Sequence record: PQ464590.1
Strand: one strand, 5' to 3'
DNA length: 64,000 nucleotides
Position numbers and translations under genes: made by a program. A model generated the notes under the pieces. The model was not told where the DNA came from, searched no databases, and saw only the letters and a program-made list of their open reading frames with translations. Below, piece by piece: positions 9,899 through 19,709 of this stretch. Position 1 is the stretch's first letter, and the number at the start of each line of letters is the position of its first letter.

Positions 9899-9948
9899 GT
9901 GACACCTCTTGATCAATTTATCGGAGTAATACTAACACACTGACGTAC

Positions 9949-10431
9949 TTAGGTCAATAATGTTTTCTTTTTCTTTTTCTTCACTTCTTTATCAGAATCG
10001 TACCACAATCTCATTACTTGAATCAGAACGTGTGGCGGAAGTACAATAGTACTACCATCTACTAATACACTGTTCTGTTCAGTGATATAGAACTTTATTG
10101 GGTATCGGCGGTTCTTACTAACCTCCCCAAGTTCAATATGATTCTCTGTACGTTTCATCTGAACAGTTCCTGATCCAAGAGCATTCAGATACATCTCCAA
10201 TTGCCGTGCGGAAGTTTTGTTGAAGTAACTACTTCCCTCCTTTAGAAACACATCAGGGATAAAGATAGCGTACCAGATTGATGAGAAGAATGGTGATGCG
10301 TAATGTTCATTCACATTGAATGCATAACTAATCTCTTTGTTGAATATAAAACAGAACGCAACAAAGATGATGAATATATAGAAGATCCATTCGAACCAAC
10401 CTATGTCGTTTAGTAATTCAAGGAACGTCAT
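9949..10431 (-). CDS. membrane-anchored hypothetical protein
   Basis: N-terminal TM segment; poly-Lys tail. Confidence 0.75.
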   Translation of the reverse strand: MTFLELLNDIGWFEWIFYIFIIFVAFCFIFNKEISYAFNVNEHYASPFFSSIWYAIFIPDVFLKEGSSYFNKTSARQLEMYLNALGSGTVQMKRTENHIELGEVSKNRRYPIKFYITEQNSVLVDGSTIVLPPHVLIQVMRLWYDSDKEVKKKKKKTLLT

Positions 10432-10814
10432 TATTCCTCCGAGTCATATAAAATGTAATTGAACTCCTTGACACACTCTACAGTGTAGTCGTTGTTGTTC
10501 ATTTCAGTACCGTTAATATACGAATTAGTATTAAACGGCTTCATGGATAGATCAGTACTGCTAGTTTGTTCTTCATACCATTGCTTCATCCATTTGTAGT
10601 ACGTTTGATGACCAGTTTGAAACAACTTAGCATCTGCATATCCTATACAATACGAGGGATCAGTTGTAATCCCTGTATTGTAATGCTTCTTATAGTTCAC
10701 ATCAGTGTCAACCGCATGAACTACATGAATTACAGTACTGAACAGTACAGATACCAAGAAATATGTTACTCTGCGTACACATAAATCTTTGATACAACCT
10801 CCCCGTTTTCCCAT
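10431..10814 (-). CDS. hypothetical protein, possible signal peptide
   Basis: 127 aa; start uncertain. Confidence 0.6.
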   Translation of the reverse strand: MGKRGGCIKDLCVRRVTYFLVSVLFSTVIHVVHAVDTDVNYKKHYNTGITTDPSYCIGYADAKLFQTGHQTYYKWMKQWYEEQTSSTDLSMKPFNTNSYINGTEMNNNDYTVECVKEFNYILYDSEE

Positions 10815-10999
10815 TCAGTTTTGATTCTGCGGTGCTTTACAACACCTGAATACATTTGACCAGATTGATTCTCATACTCTAGAACATCACCAGGTTCTGG
10901 TATGAAAGGTACTGTAATGTTGTACACGTGACGATTATGTGCATAATGATGACCAATAATTACAGTAAGTTTATGCATCTTTTGGCTCCAGATGTACAT
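10766..10999 (-). CDS. hypothetical protein (similar to 10971-11180)
   Basis: VPFIPEPGDVLEY vs VPVLPNVGDTVTY. Confidence 0.7.
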   Translation of the reverse strand: MYIWSQKMHKLTVIIGHHYAHNRHVYNITVPFIPEPGDVLEYENQSGQMYSGVVKHRRIKTEWENGEVVSKIYVYAE

Positions 11000-11180
11000 T
11001 GATTGCTAAGCAGTCACCCGAATCTGGGTGATTCACGTACTCAATTGAACGTACTGTGAAGCTCTCACTACGTACATATAAGTACGTAACAGTGTCTCCA
11101 ACATTAGGTAGTACTGGTACGTTCAGTTTACGCTCTTCGTTGTAACCGTCACATGGAATAACTGCTGTACACTTTAGCAA
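10971..11180 (-). CDS. hypothetical protein
   Basis: 69 aa. Confidence 0.7.
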   Translation of the reverse strand: MLKCTAVIPCDGYNEERKLNVPVLPNVGDTVTYLYVRSESFTVRSIEYVNHPDSGDCLAINVHLEPKDA

Positions 11181-11755
11181 AATTTCATCTCCTGAAGTGG
11201 TTTGATGATATCCAGTACTGGATGGTTTTCGATCTTATCACGACCTTCAACGCCTGTCCAGATAGTTGGGATAGAAGCGATATCTTTCACATCGTTGAAA
11301 CCTTCAAACGTGAACTGCTGTTTACGTTCGTTGTACACAGCCCACACAACAACATCAGCTTTCTTTTCGATGTTCTTCAACTGTGCCGCACTGATGCATG
11401 GTCCAAAACGTACCCATGAACCGTACTTGATACATTTCACTTCAATACGTAGACCACTAACGATCAGGTCACATTCTGCATCACGGGAATCATCCTGGAA
11501 TGCTGCATCGATGTTCAGATCTTTACCCAGTAGTTCTTCAATCTCTTCCATTAGAACAAGAGTAGCGTGCTCTGCAACCATTCCCACGAAGTGGGAGTGT
11601 GCGTGGTTCTGACCGTACGGAGATTTACGACCCTTCATGATGTTTTCGTAACGCTTGGACTTTGCAATTGCTTTAGCCATGTATGCGTCAGCTTCATCTT
11701 TGAATAGCTGGATAACCATCTTGTCATTTTCAATTTTCAGGCGAGATTCGCTCAC
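11174..11755 (-). CDS. putative PD-(D/E)xK-fold nuclease
   Basis: GMVAEHA...ECDLIVSGLRIEVKC resembles the E...D...EVK catalytic pattern. Confidence 0.6.
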   Translation of the reverse strand: MSESRLKIENDKMVIQLFKDEADAYMAKAIAKSKRYENIMKGRKSPYGQNHAHSHFVGMVAEHATLVLMEEIEELLGKDLNIDAAFQDDSRDAECDLIVSGLRIEVKCIKYGSWVRFGPCISAAQLKNIEKKADVVVWAVYNERKQQFTFEGFNDVKDIASIPTIWTGVEGRDKIENHPVLDIIKPLQEMKFC

Positions 11756-11787
11756 AGTTAAATCCTCTTTCTAATTAGTGTTCATAA

Positions 11788-11816
11788 ATTATAACCCAGT
11801 ACTGGAGCGTTGTCAA
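11788..11816 (-). promoter_or_regulatory. consensus sigma70 promoter
   Basis: TTGACA-N17-TATAAT. Confidence 0.85.
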
Positions 11817-11922
11817 CGCATAAATTTCATTGCGTACCTTTGGCTTAGAGAACGTATTATACACCCCTGAACTTTAGAGTCAATAGGTAAATACTGTACA
11901 CAACTATAAAAGGGAGATTCCG

Positions 11923-13062
11923 ATGGCAAAACCAATTGCAGGGGTAAATGATTACCCATATGGTATTTGTGGTTTTATAGTAGATGGAGCATTCATTCAG
12001 GGTTCTAAGTATAAAAATCTTCGAATTTATAAACAACGTTCTGACGTTATGTTCGATTTGATAAATCCAAATACAGGCACTATCTACCAAAAACTTCTAA
12101 TTACTGGCCTGAATATAAATGGCGAAATACTAGACTACTCTAAAAGTAATGATGAAATACTAAATGAGATTCCTAAAAATACATTCTTCGTGCGTGGTTA
12201 TAATGAAGCGAAAAGTATTGAGGGATTTGCAATTCGTTTCTTACTTAATAAGATTATTCTAAGTTCAGGAAGAACGCTATACGACATGTATACACCATCA
12301 TGTTCTATTCCACTACCTAATATCGATAACATAGTAATCGCACCAGTAACAGTAGATGATACAGAAATCACAGGTACTATCACTAGTTCAGCAGGACCAA
12401 TTGATCCAACTGATATGATAGTTGAACTTACTTTACCTGATGGTACAGTACTAACAACTACGGTTGACAGTACTGGGAAATTTACATTCTCTCCAGTAGA
12501 CTTAAGCTCTCATGGTACAGGAACAGCAACCATTGTGATTAAATCTCCTAATTACAATGAAGCTACCGCTACGTTTCCTATTTTAGATTCTGATGAAGAT
12601 TCTGATTATGTAACATCAATCGCTCTAAGTCCAGCAGACTTTATTATCGACGCTGATAAATACGTAGCTGTAATTACTGAATCATTACACCTACGCGGTA
12701 CTGATGTGGTAATTCAGCTTCAGAGTGCATCACAGGAAGTATTTTTCAGTACTGTGTCAGTGAATGGTAATGGTGATATTACCATTACGCAAGATACCAA
12801 TGACGCTGTGAACGTGGTTCTTATTGGTAAAACACTTAAGAGTACTCCATTTAAAACTGCACTTACTTGGGTTGCAAATGGTGATGGTACTAGCTCTGCA
12901 AGTATTCCAAAATCAGAACACAATAAAGAAAACATTTCATTCACTGTGTACGATGGAACTAATGTCGTAAGTACTGAAGCAGTAATTAACAGTACTGAAG
13001 ATTTAACTCTAACTTCTTATGAAGAGTTTGTTGGTTCAGTTGTAATTGTAGGTAAAGCATAA
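11923..13062 (+). CDS. Ig-like domain protein, probable virion decoration/structural protein
   Basis: Only clear plus-strand gene; GGGAG RBS; Ig-like segment VTVDDTEITGT...LTLPDGTVLTTTVDSTGKFTF; two beta-rich C-terminal repeats; TAAATA upstream. Confidence 0.7.
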   Translation: MAKPIAGVNDYPYGICGFIVDGAFIQGSKYKNLRIYKQRSDVMFDLINPNTGTIYQKLLITGLNINGEILDYSKSNDEILNEIPKNTFFVRGYNEAKSIEGFAIRFLLNKIILSSGRTLYDMYTPSCSIPLPNIDNIVIAPVTVDDTEITGTITSSAGPIDPTDMIVELTLPDGTVLTTTVDSTGKFTFSPVDLSSHGTGTATIVIKSPNYNEATATFPILDSDEDSDYVTSIALSPADFIIDADKYVAVITESLHLRGTDVVIQLQSASQEVFFSTVSVNGNGDITITQDTNDAVNVVLIGKTLKSTPFKTALTWVANGDGTSSASIPKSEHNKENISFTVYDGTNVVSTEAVINSTEDLTLTSYEEFVGSVVIVGKA

Positions 13063-13064
13063 TT

Positions 13065-13091
13065 AAAAAAAGGCTCCCATTGGGAGCCTTT
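13065..13091. terminator. bidirectional terminator
   Basis: AAAAAAAGGCTCCCATTGGGAGCCTTT between convergent genes. Confidence 0.85.
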
Positions 13092-13095
13092 ACTT

Positions 13096-14043
13096 TTATC
13101 CGAGGAAACGTTTTAGTACATCAGATAGTTTTACATGTGGGTTGTTTACTGCCATTTCGTAGATGATCTTTTTCAAGTTCTCTACTGCTAGGCTAGCTTC
13201 TTCTTTACCAAAGATTTCGTAGATGTTACCGAATACTTGTTGAGTTTTAGGGTTGGTCATTGCACCATCAACAAATTCTTCGATTAGAGCTTTTAGCTCT
13301 GGTGAAGTCATATCACCGATTAGGGGTTCATCTTCTGAACCTACAGAACCTGGACGAATCTCTTCTTCTTGTAGTTCTGCTTGTACTGCACCACTGAATG
13401 TATCGCCGTTGAAGATGCTCTTCTTGGTCGTTTGGCGTGTCCAGCCAGCACCTTTAGCTTTAGTTCCTTCGTCTTCTTGTGGCTTTTCACCTTCTACCCC
13501 GTACTTGTCTGCATCATCAGTAACTTCAGTTGTATCGAAGCCACGTTGCATTTCACGGATAACATCTTTTAGTTCATTGAACTCTTCTTCGAATTCTGCT
13601 TCAAGTTCTTCTTTCTTCACTACTACCGCAGCAGTAACAGTACCGAGAACGTCTTCCAGTTTCTGGGATAGTTCTTCAGCTTTCGCTTTCACAGTACTAG
13701 CAGCTTGGTCAGCAGCCATTTGGAAGATCAATGCTTCTACTGAAGTACCATCAACAACGTTCTGTACTTTCTCTTTACCCTTCTGTACTAGCTTATCGAA
13801 GCAAGCAAAGATACTAGGTTTAGTTTCTACGCAGTTGCCACGTGGAGCAGAATCACTCTGCACAGTACGTTTTGCTGCAACTTCTGAATCTAAACGAATT
13901 AGTGCAGCTTGTGCGTCTGCCCCACTCTTGAAGTCCATGTGTAGTGGTTCTTTCATGCTGTGTAGGTAGATGAATAGGGTTTTTCCATCAACTACTGCAC
14001 TTTTGAAATCATTTGGTTCGAAACTTGCTTTTTCAAAAATCAT
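13096..14043 (-). CDS. hypothetical acidic coiled-coil protein
   Basis: 315 aa; GGAG RBS; downstream of a class-2 promoter. Confidence 0.85.
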   Translation of the reverse strand: MIFEKASFEPNDFKSAVVDGKTLFIYLHSMKEPLHMDFKSGADAQAALIRLDSEVAAKRTVQSDSAPRGNCVETKPSIFACFDKLVQKGKEKVQNVVDGTSVEALIFQMAADQAASTVKAKAEELSQKLEDVLGTVTAAVVVKKEELEAEFEEEFNELKDVIREMQRGFDTTEVTDDADKYGVEGEKPQEDEGTKAKGAGWTRQTTKKSIFNGDTFSGAVQAELQEEEIRPGSVGSEDEPLIGDMTSPELKALIEEFVDGAMTNPKTQQVFGNIYEIFGKEEASLAVENLKKIIYEMAVNNPHVKLSDVLKRFLG

Positions 14044-14073
14044 TGTGTATCTCCGGTTTATTGTGTACGAAGT

Positions 14074-14105
14074 TATTATATCACATTATTTGGGTTCATC
14101 CCAAA
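14074..14105 (-). promoter_or_regulatory. class-2 phage promoter TTTGGGAT-N11-ATGTGATATAATA
   Basis: One of five copies with identical 32 bp span. Confidence 0.75.
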
Positions 14106-14118
14106 TATTTCTCACGTT

Positions 14119-14529
14119 TTACATATCGCTATATGGTTTGTGCCATAGCTCATCGTTATACAAGCCTAACTGGTCACGTGCATACGTGGCTATGTTATGC
14201 ATTGCTAACTGTAGTTCCTTTTCGCATTCCATAGACAGTAATGGGTATAATGTACTGGCCTGAAAATACTCTTCTTCTGTTGCATTCGGAAGTCTTATAA
14301 CACGTTCCTCGTACGAGGATGATATACTCTGCATATCCATGTGGTCAGAAGTAACATTCTCTGAACGAATATGGTACACCATTCTCGTATTATAATTCTT
14401 CAGTACTAGATAGTCACCTTTCATTCCTGTACCAGACATGTAGTACTCAAAAGCACCAAGTTCACCATCTTCTACTATAGTGCGATTCAGGTCTTGTAGG
14501 AACTTCAGAAAGTATTCATTTAGCATCAT
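14119..14529 (-). CDS. EEExFQxST-module family protein
   Basis: C-terminal ATEEEYFQASTLYPLL. Confidence 0.8.
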   Translation of the reverse strand: MMLNEYFLKFLQDLNRTIVEDGELGAFEYYMSGTGMKGDYLVLKNYNTRMVYHIRSENVTSDHMDMQSISSSYEERVIRLPNATEEEYFQASTLYPLLSMECEKELQLAMHNIATYARDQLGLYNDELWHKPYSDM

Positions 14530-14681
14530 TCCTCGCGGTACAGAATTTCAGGTCCAATGGATTGCTCAACACGAATAGTATCGTAATGTTCCATTAGCTG
14601 ACGTTCGATGTCGATTTGTAGTTCTTCTGCATCTTTAGCGGATAGCTGTACAAGATGCCCGTTGATAATTAGTTTGATCAT
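14526..14681 (-). CDS. small hypothetical protein (51 aa)
   Basis: Hand-translated MIKLIINGHLVQLSAKDAEELQIDIER...; ATGA overlap. Confidence 0.6.
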   Translation of the reverse strand: MIKLIINGHLVQLSAKDAEELQIDIERQLMEHYDTIRVEQSIGPEILYREE

Positions 14682-14690
14682 ATCATTACC

Positions 14691-14888
14691 TTATGTGTTT
14701 TTAGTACTGCGAGATCGCATGTACCTTCTCCATGCACCTAAGTGCTGTTCTTCTAACATGAAGTCAACTACTCTCATGTATGGTTGGTAGTCACTTACCG
14801 AGATATTGTCTCGCAAAAGAGCAAGAGGTAACGGCCTCGTTATTGGAGCCAGTACCACATTTTCGAGCTTCACGTATGAACTTTTCAT
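14691..14888 (-). CDS. hypothetical protein
   Basis: 65 aa. Confidence 0.65.
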   Translation of the reverse strand: MKSSYVKLENVVLAPITRPLPLALLRDNISVSDYQPYMRVVDFMLEEQHLGAWRRYMRSRSTKNT

Positions 14889-14920
14889 CTACTACGAACC
14901 ACCATGATAAGTTATGCAAT

Positions 14921-15076
14921 TCAATTATTGCTTTGTGTTGATTTATTCGCCCACTCACTAGATCTCTCCATTACTTTGAATTTTAGAATACAAAGTTCGA
15001 CCTTGAATCGAAATTCAGCATCAGGATCTACTTCCAGAATCGGAATGTACGGAGCATAGACTACACCCGCATTCAT
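14921..15076 (-). CDS. small protein with gp23 major-capsid-like peptide
   Basis: MNAGVVYAPYIPI resembles T4 gp23 DAGIYYAPYVAL (recalled from memory). Confidence 0.55.
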   Translation of the reverse strand: MNAGVVYAPYIPILEVDPDAEFRFKVELCILKFKVMERSSEWANKSTQSNN

Positions 15077-15090
15077 ATGCACGACTGCTT

Positions 15091-15282
15091 TTACACTTCC
15101 CATATCTTGACCCCACTGTTATTTCCTGATTTTGAAATAATATGATGAGCAAGTTCATCCTTGCCTTCTCGATGAATTCTCCGGCAGTCATTGATTATCC
15201 TTTCCTCATCTTTGAACGAATCAATTTCAATATACATGGTGATTTGAAGTGTCATGTAATTTTCAATTTCATTTAGTACCAT
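15091..15282 (-). CDS. hypothetical protein
   Basis: 63 aa. Confidence 0.6.
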   Translation of the reverse strand: MVLNEIENYMTLQITMYIEIDSFKDEERIINDCRRIHREGKDELAHHIISKSGNNSGVKIWEV

Positions 15283-15326
15283 AGTGTACCCCCAATTAAG
15301 AAGGGAACCGAAGTTCCCTTAATTTA

Positions 15327-15671
15327 TTACTGTACTGACAGTACTGTACTCTCGAAACCTTCAACCTCTTCTAAGGTATTCATAACCTTAACAGCTTCGT
15401 CAATTGTGTAGAATACTTCATAATATCCCGATGATGTCACGAACTTATTCGTTCTGGTATCAAAGATACTATATCCCCAGTTCTCAGTACTCTGTGATAG
15501 CTCACGTTTCAAGATGTAAGGGGAAGGAATACCACCCGACTTTTCTGCACGCTGTAGTAATAGCTCGTGCTTACGATATGCTTCGTTCTCACGCTCGATA
15601 GAACGAGAACGGATTATTGTTACCCAAACGTACGCAATCGCTAATAGTAAAGTACAGATTATGAATGTCAT
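15327..15671 (-). CDS. membrane-anchored protein (paralog of 15671-16069)
   Basis: N-terminal TM; SPYILKR..WGYSIFDTR..GYYEVFYT. Confidence 0.8.
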   Translation of the reverse strand: MTFIICTLLLAIAYVWVTIIRSRSIERENEAYRKHELLLQRAEKSGGIPSPYILKRELSQSTENWGYSIFDTRTNKFVTSSGYYEVFYTIDEAVKVMNTLEEVEGFESTVLSVQ

Positions 15672-16069
15672 TAGGCTTCCTCTTCGTCTTCTTTCTTTGG
15701 TGCGGTAGGTGGAGTTTCAATAACTTCTAATACTGTCTTGTCAAACCCACCGACAATTTCAAACTGATTGATTGCTACAATTGCCTGGGACATAGTGTAG
15801 AATATTTGAAAAAAACCATTGGATCTAGCCCAATCTTCTTGTCGTGTATCCCATATACTATATCCCCACTTTTTATCTTTAGTGTGGAAGAACTTACGTA
15901 GTACATAAGGTGACTTCGTATCAGGTACGTTCACTGCGTACAGTTCCCGTTCCATCCGCCGCCATTCCTCTTGTTCAGTTGCGTACTGCTTAGTCCTTAC
16001 ACTCATGGCATGATTCACCGTGAATGCTAGTATAATGAATCCTAAAATAATTGCAACCGAAATCGTCAT
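15671..16069 (-). CDS. membrane-anchored protein
   Basis: N-terminal TM; SPYVLRK..WGYSIWDTR..GFFQIFYT. Confidence 0.8.
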   Translation of the reverse strand: MTISVAIILGFIILAFTVNHAMSVRTKQYATEQEEWRRMERELYAVNVPDTKSPYVLRKFFHTKDKKWGYSIWDTRQEDWARSNGFFQIFYTMSQAIVAINQFEIVGGFDKTVLEVIETPPTAPKKEDEEEA

Positions 16070-16501
16070 TTATTTTCTCCGTAGATTATCGTAATAGTAC
16101 TGAATAGCTTCTTCCAAATCCATACCACACATACGAGTGTCATTGATACTCACCGAGTATTTGTGGCGTACTTTAGTTCCATCTGTCCTTGTCCATACTC
16201 CACCATCAGGTTGAATACTAACCCAGTTGTTCAGGATGAAGTCCATCATTTCTTCTTTGGTTAGTTTAAACCGAATCGGATTAGCTGCACCATCAATACT
16301 TAGCACTTCAACTACATGCCGTGTCCCATCAACCACATGGGAACCTTTACGCTGCTCTACTACTCGTTGCACAGCCATGTCAAGATCGTCCTTAGTGTCA
16401 CAGTACAGAGTTTGCGTACTGTACTCTGTGTTCAGCAATGAGCCATCTTCTGCGTTGAACCATTGATCTTTGAAATGAATTTTTGCTGTTAGTTGTTCCA
16501 C
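16070..16501 (-). CDS. hypothetical protein
   Basis: 143 aa. Confidence 0.8.
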   Translation of the reverse strand: MEQLTAKIHFKDQWFNAEDGSLLNTEYSTQTLYCDTKDDLDMAVQRVVEQRKGSHVVDGTRHVVEVLSIDGAANPIRFKLTKEEMMDFILNNWVSIQPDGGVWTRTDGTKVRHKYSVSINDTRMCGMDLEEAIQYYYDNLRRK

Positions 16502-17037
16502 AATGTACCTCGTTTATATTGGTCTACACATCTCAGTACTGCGAGTCTGAACTCGTCAATTTGTAACATATCCTCTAAATTCATTTCACCGAAATCACAT
16601 ACAGTACTTTCTTGGAAGTACTCTTCCTCTGTAAGTACATAAGGATGTGTAGTGTATTTGAAGTACGAAGATGCGTAGTAATGAATAGTATTTACATTGT
16701 TGATCTCAAAAATCCATCGTTCTCTCATCGCACTACCTGTAAAAATCTTTGACAGACCGTGTGGTGTTAACTCAGTGATTGTTGGTTGTTCATTGATTAT
16801 TTCACACACTTTGAACATGCATGGATTTATCGTAATCTCGTACTTCCCGAATCGAACAGTGAAGTCGGTTCCGTTTTTGTACGGTTGAATAGTACCACCC
16901 AACGCAATTAGCTTCTGGTACATTGTTCGATTGTAACTTCCCTCGTACTGATAGTGAACGTTGATCTCATTATCAATATCATGGAATATCTGATTTATTG
17001 TAAATGGTAGCATATCAAATTCGGTCCATCGTGTCAA
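16489..17037 (-). CDS. EEExFQxST-module family protein
   Basis: LTEEEYFQESTVCDF. Confidence 0.8.
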   Translation of the reverse strand: MTRWTEFDMLPFTINQIFHDIDNEINVHYQYEGSYNRTMYQKLIALGGTIQPYKNGTDFTVRFGKYEITINPCMFKVCEIINEQPTITELTPHGLSKIFTGSAMRERWIFEINNVNTIHYYASSYFKYTTHPYVLTEEEYFQESTVCDFGEMNLEDMLQIDEFRLAVLRCVDQYKRGTLWNN

Positions 17038-17422
17038 TATAATGATAAAACATTTCAGCTATTTTTTTACAAATGCTAATAGTTTCAGCATCGAATGAAT
17101 ACAAATCATGAATAGTACTTTGCTGGAACAGTACATCCTCTCCGTCATCATATGAGAATACTATATCTTTATAGTCATTAGCACTGCTTATAGATAACAC
17201 AATTGAATCACGCTTCATATCAATATAACAACGAGGGCATCCTGGGTAGTCATATAGTACTCGCAATAATTCATCCCAATCATTCGTCGATGAACGAACA
17301 TTACCAACTTTCGCATAAATTACATTGGTATATTGTTCATTGAACATGTACTTCTTATTAGTTTTTGATGTGAATAACACATGTTGTAGTTCATCATTTA
17401 GTGTTGGTGTTGTTTCTTCCAT
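17015..17422 (-). CDS. EEExFQxST-module family protein
   Basis: GEDVLFQQSTIHDL. Confidence 0.8.
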   Translation of the reverse strand: MEETTPTLNDELQHVLFTSKTNKKYMFNEQYTNVIYAKVGNVRSSTNDWDELLRVLYDYPGCPRCYIDMKRDSIVLSISSANDYKDIVFSYDDGEDVLFQQSTIHDLYSFDAETISICKKIAEMFYHYIDTMDRI

Positions 17423-17777
17423 AGTACATATCCCGTATGATAGTCAAGTACTTTATTGATTTGTACTCTAATGTATGCATTTCGTATGCAAATATAAGTT
17501 GGGCAAATTCCCCACGTTCAATATCGTACTTGATTTCTATATCAGGAAACCATCGACACGATTTAGTATCAAATGTAGCGAATGCAATGTGTGTCTCGTG
17601 AAGAACGATGTACATTGATTTGTATGTGTTCCAATCCAGAATAAGACCATCATGGTTTCTACAGTTGGTTATTCGCAAAGAACCTAATGTAGAATCATAG
17701 TACTCATGCCCGAACAGTATGTCTGATTCAATTAACATTCGGATTGCATTATGGAAAGTATATGGTTTTAAACTCAT
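17394..17777 (-). CDS. probable divergent EEExFQxST-module family protein
   Basis: KYDIERGEFAQLIFAYE at the equivalent position. Confidence 0.65.
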   Translation of the reverse strand: MSLKPYTFHNAIRMLIESDILFGHEYYDSTLGSLRITNCRNHDGLILDWNTYKSMYIVLHETHIAFATFDTKSCRWFPDIEIKYDIERGEFAQLIFAYEMHTLEYKSIKYLTIIRDMYYGRNNTNTK

Positions 17778-17820
17778 ATGAACTCCAATATAAAATGGGA
17801 GCCTAATGGCTCCCTTAGTA

Positions 17821-18264
17821 TTAGTGATGCATTGCACATAAATCTACGTGTTCGATCATATGATCGAAGCTGTGGTTAGAACTGTGAATGAACACTTGAT
17901 GTCCATCAGGAGTACTAAGTACACGTTGTTTCTTACAGTACATTGGATTACCTTCTTCTTCCCAATCCAACACAAATGTACGTTCTTCTTCTCCGTTTTC
18001 ACCCTCGATGATGTAGATGATGCTTGTAACATCAGTACGGAGTTTAGTAGTGAAGTCTCCGAAGAGCACACTTTCGTCGATTGGTTTTGCATCTTTGTGA
18101 ACGGAAATGAATACGTTCTCAAGATAGTCAGTACTGTTGAACTGTGAGTAAGTTCCAGAGAAATTCGAAACAATCCCACGGTTACTGTGCAGGATGATAT
18201 CTTTTGCATCCAAACACAGTACTTCACAGTTTTCAAATACGAAGATTAGTTCTTTTAGAATCAT
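17821..18264 (-). CDS. hypothetical protein
   Basis: 147 aa. Confidence 0.8.
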   Translation of the reverse strand: MILKELIFVFENCEVLCLDAKDIILHSNRGIVSNFSGTYSQFNSTDYLENVFISVHKDAKPIDESVLFGDFTTKLRTDVTSIIYIIEGENGEEERTFVLDWEEEGNPMYCKKQRVLSTPDGHQVFIHSSNHSFDHMIEHVDLCAMHH

Positions 18265-18494
18265 TTAGTAAATGCCTTTTTATATTCACATGGAACAGCT
18301 TGACCATAACGGATGATCGAGCCATCTTTGAGATCGATGCGGATGCCGTAATCATAGTATGTTACATCACTGATTACATCGTTCGTGTACACAATGACTT
18401 TATCATTGAAAGTACACGTTACCTGGAATATTTCACGAGCGGATGCAGTATCTGCTAAGCCTAATAATGCTGCCAGAAGTAGAATACGTTTCAT
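18261..18494 (-). CDS. secreted small protein
   Basis: Signal peptide MKRILLLAALLGLADTASA; two Cys. Confidence 0.75.
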   Translation of the reverse strand: MKRILLLAALLGLADTASAREIFQVTCTFNDKVIVYTNDVISDVTYYDYGIRIDLKDGSIIRYGQAVPCEYKKAFTK

Positions 18495-18500
18495 AAGTCC

Positions 18501-18965
18501 TCACAGTGCCATTTCAATTGGATAAGCGTCATCTTCAGTTGGTGCAACCAGAAGCTTAGCAATCATACACATGATACTAAGTTCACGTGGGCTTACACCA
18601 CCTAATCCATACGCAACATCATACTGGAAAAGGTTCTCTTCTGTCAACCCTTCTTCCAAAAAAGTTGTAAGGTCTAACTTTTCGTGAGAATCAAAATCAG
18701 TACTGAAGGTGGTGAACACGGCACGGTCGAAGAAAATATCAACTGAACCACGAATCTCTTCATCTACATACCAATAGATCTGAATACAGTCCGGTTCAAA
18801 TGGTATATCGATAGTGTCATACCCAGGCGGCGTTCCACCATTTTGCCACGCATGATACTCTGCACTTGGAATAACCCATTTCTCCGCACGGACATATCCT
18901 AGTGCGACATCAAGGGCTACCCGAAGGTTCTGTAACATTTCACCTTTAGTCATACGTCTTCCCAA
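18501..18965 (-). CDS. EEExFQxST-module family protein
   Basis: LTEENLFQYDVAYGL. Confidence 0.8.
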   Translation of the reverse strand: MGRRMTKGEMLQNLRVALDVALGYVRAEKWVIPSAEYHAWQNGGTPPGYDTIDIPFEPDCIQIYWYVDEEIRGSVDIFFDRAVFTTFSTDFDSHEKLDLTTFLEEGLTEENLFQYDVAYGLGGVSPRELSIMCMIAKLLVAPTEDDAYPIEMAL

Positions 18966-19333
18966 TCACAATCGTCGTACTGATTAGTACGCAATATTGA
19001 AGCGATTTCACATAGACCAATGTACTCTTCGTACGTCAGTTGTACTTCTTGTACTAATGATAACTGAAAGAATTCTTCTTCAGTCATGTACAATTTGTAC
19101 CGTACATCCGTCCATGACTTCACACGGTAATCATATATCGCATCAGTTGATGCGGACAATGAATAACCATCAACATTGAACGTCACACGATTCGCCTCGG
19201 TAAATTTCACATTTACACCACCATTAGCATTTGTGTATCCAGCATGTAGTGCACGTAGTAATCCTGGGCAACCATCACGGCAGTACATTGCACCGCGTTG
19301 TATACGCTCAACCAACGGGAGTGTACAGGTCAT
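18950..19333 (-). CDS. EEExFQxST-module family protein
   Basis: MTEEEFFQLSLVQEV; start moved to MTCTLP. Confidence 0.8.
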   Translation of the reverse strand: MTCTLPLVERIQRGAMYCRDGCPGLLRALHAGYTNANGGVNVKFTEANRVTFNVDGYSLSASTDAIYDYRVKSWTDVRYKLYMTEEEFFQLSLVQEVQLTYEEYIGLCEIASILRTNQYDDCDWEDV

Positions 19334-19709
19334 CGTAAACTCCTTGTAGTGTTTTACATAGGACACGAACTTCCTCCATAACTTCGAAAGGCACTTCCAC
19401 ATTACTCACGGTACTTTCCATGAAATGCTCTTCTTCAGTACTGTACATGTCGAACAGTTTGAAGATTTCACGAGTGTCTTCATCAAATGTATCACTCACA
19501 TACGCTTTAGTGATACTACAACGTTTGACATCTTCCCAGTACACGATGTAGTACGATACTTCAGGATCGAATTGAAGGTTCATGAAGTGTGTATTACCAG
19601 TATAGCTGTAGTACGATTCGTTGTTGAAATACAGGTACTTAGCATTGATGAATTCCTTTTGAACGGAACTCTTCATTACTTCCAGAACGTGTGTATAATC
19701 GAGTTTCAT
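19308..19709 (-). CDS. EEExFQxST-module family protein
   Basis: STEEEHFMESTVSNV. Confidence 0.8.
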   Translation of the reverse strand: MKLDYTHVLEVMKSSVQKEFINAKYLYFNNESYYSYTGNTHFMNLQFDPEVSYYIVYWEDVKRCSITKAYVSDTFDEDTREIFKLFDMYSTEEEHFMESTVSNVEVPFEVMEEVRVLCKTLQGVYDDLYTPVG

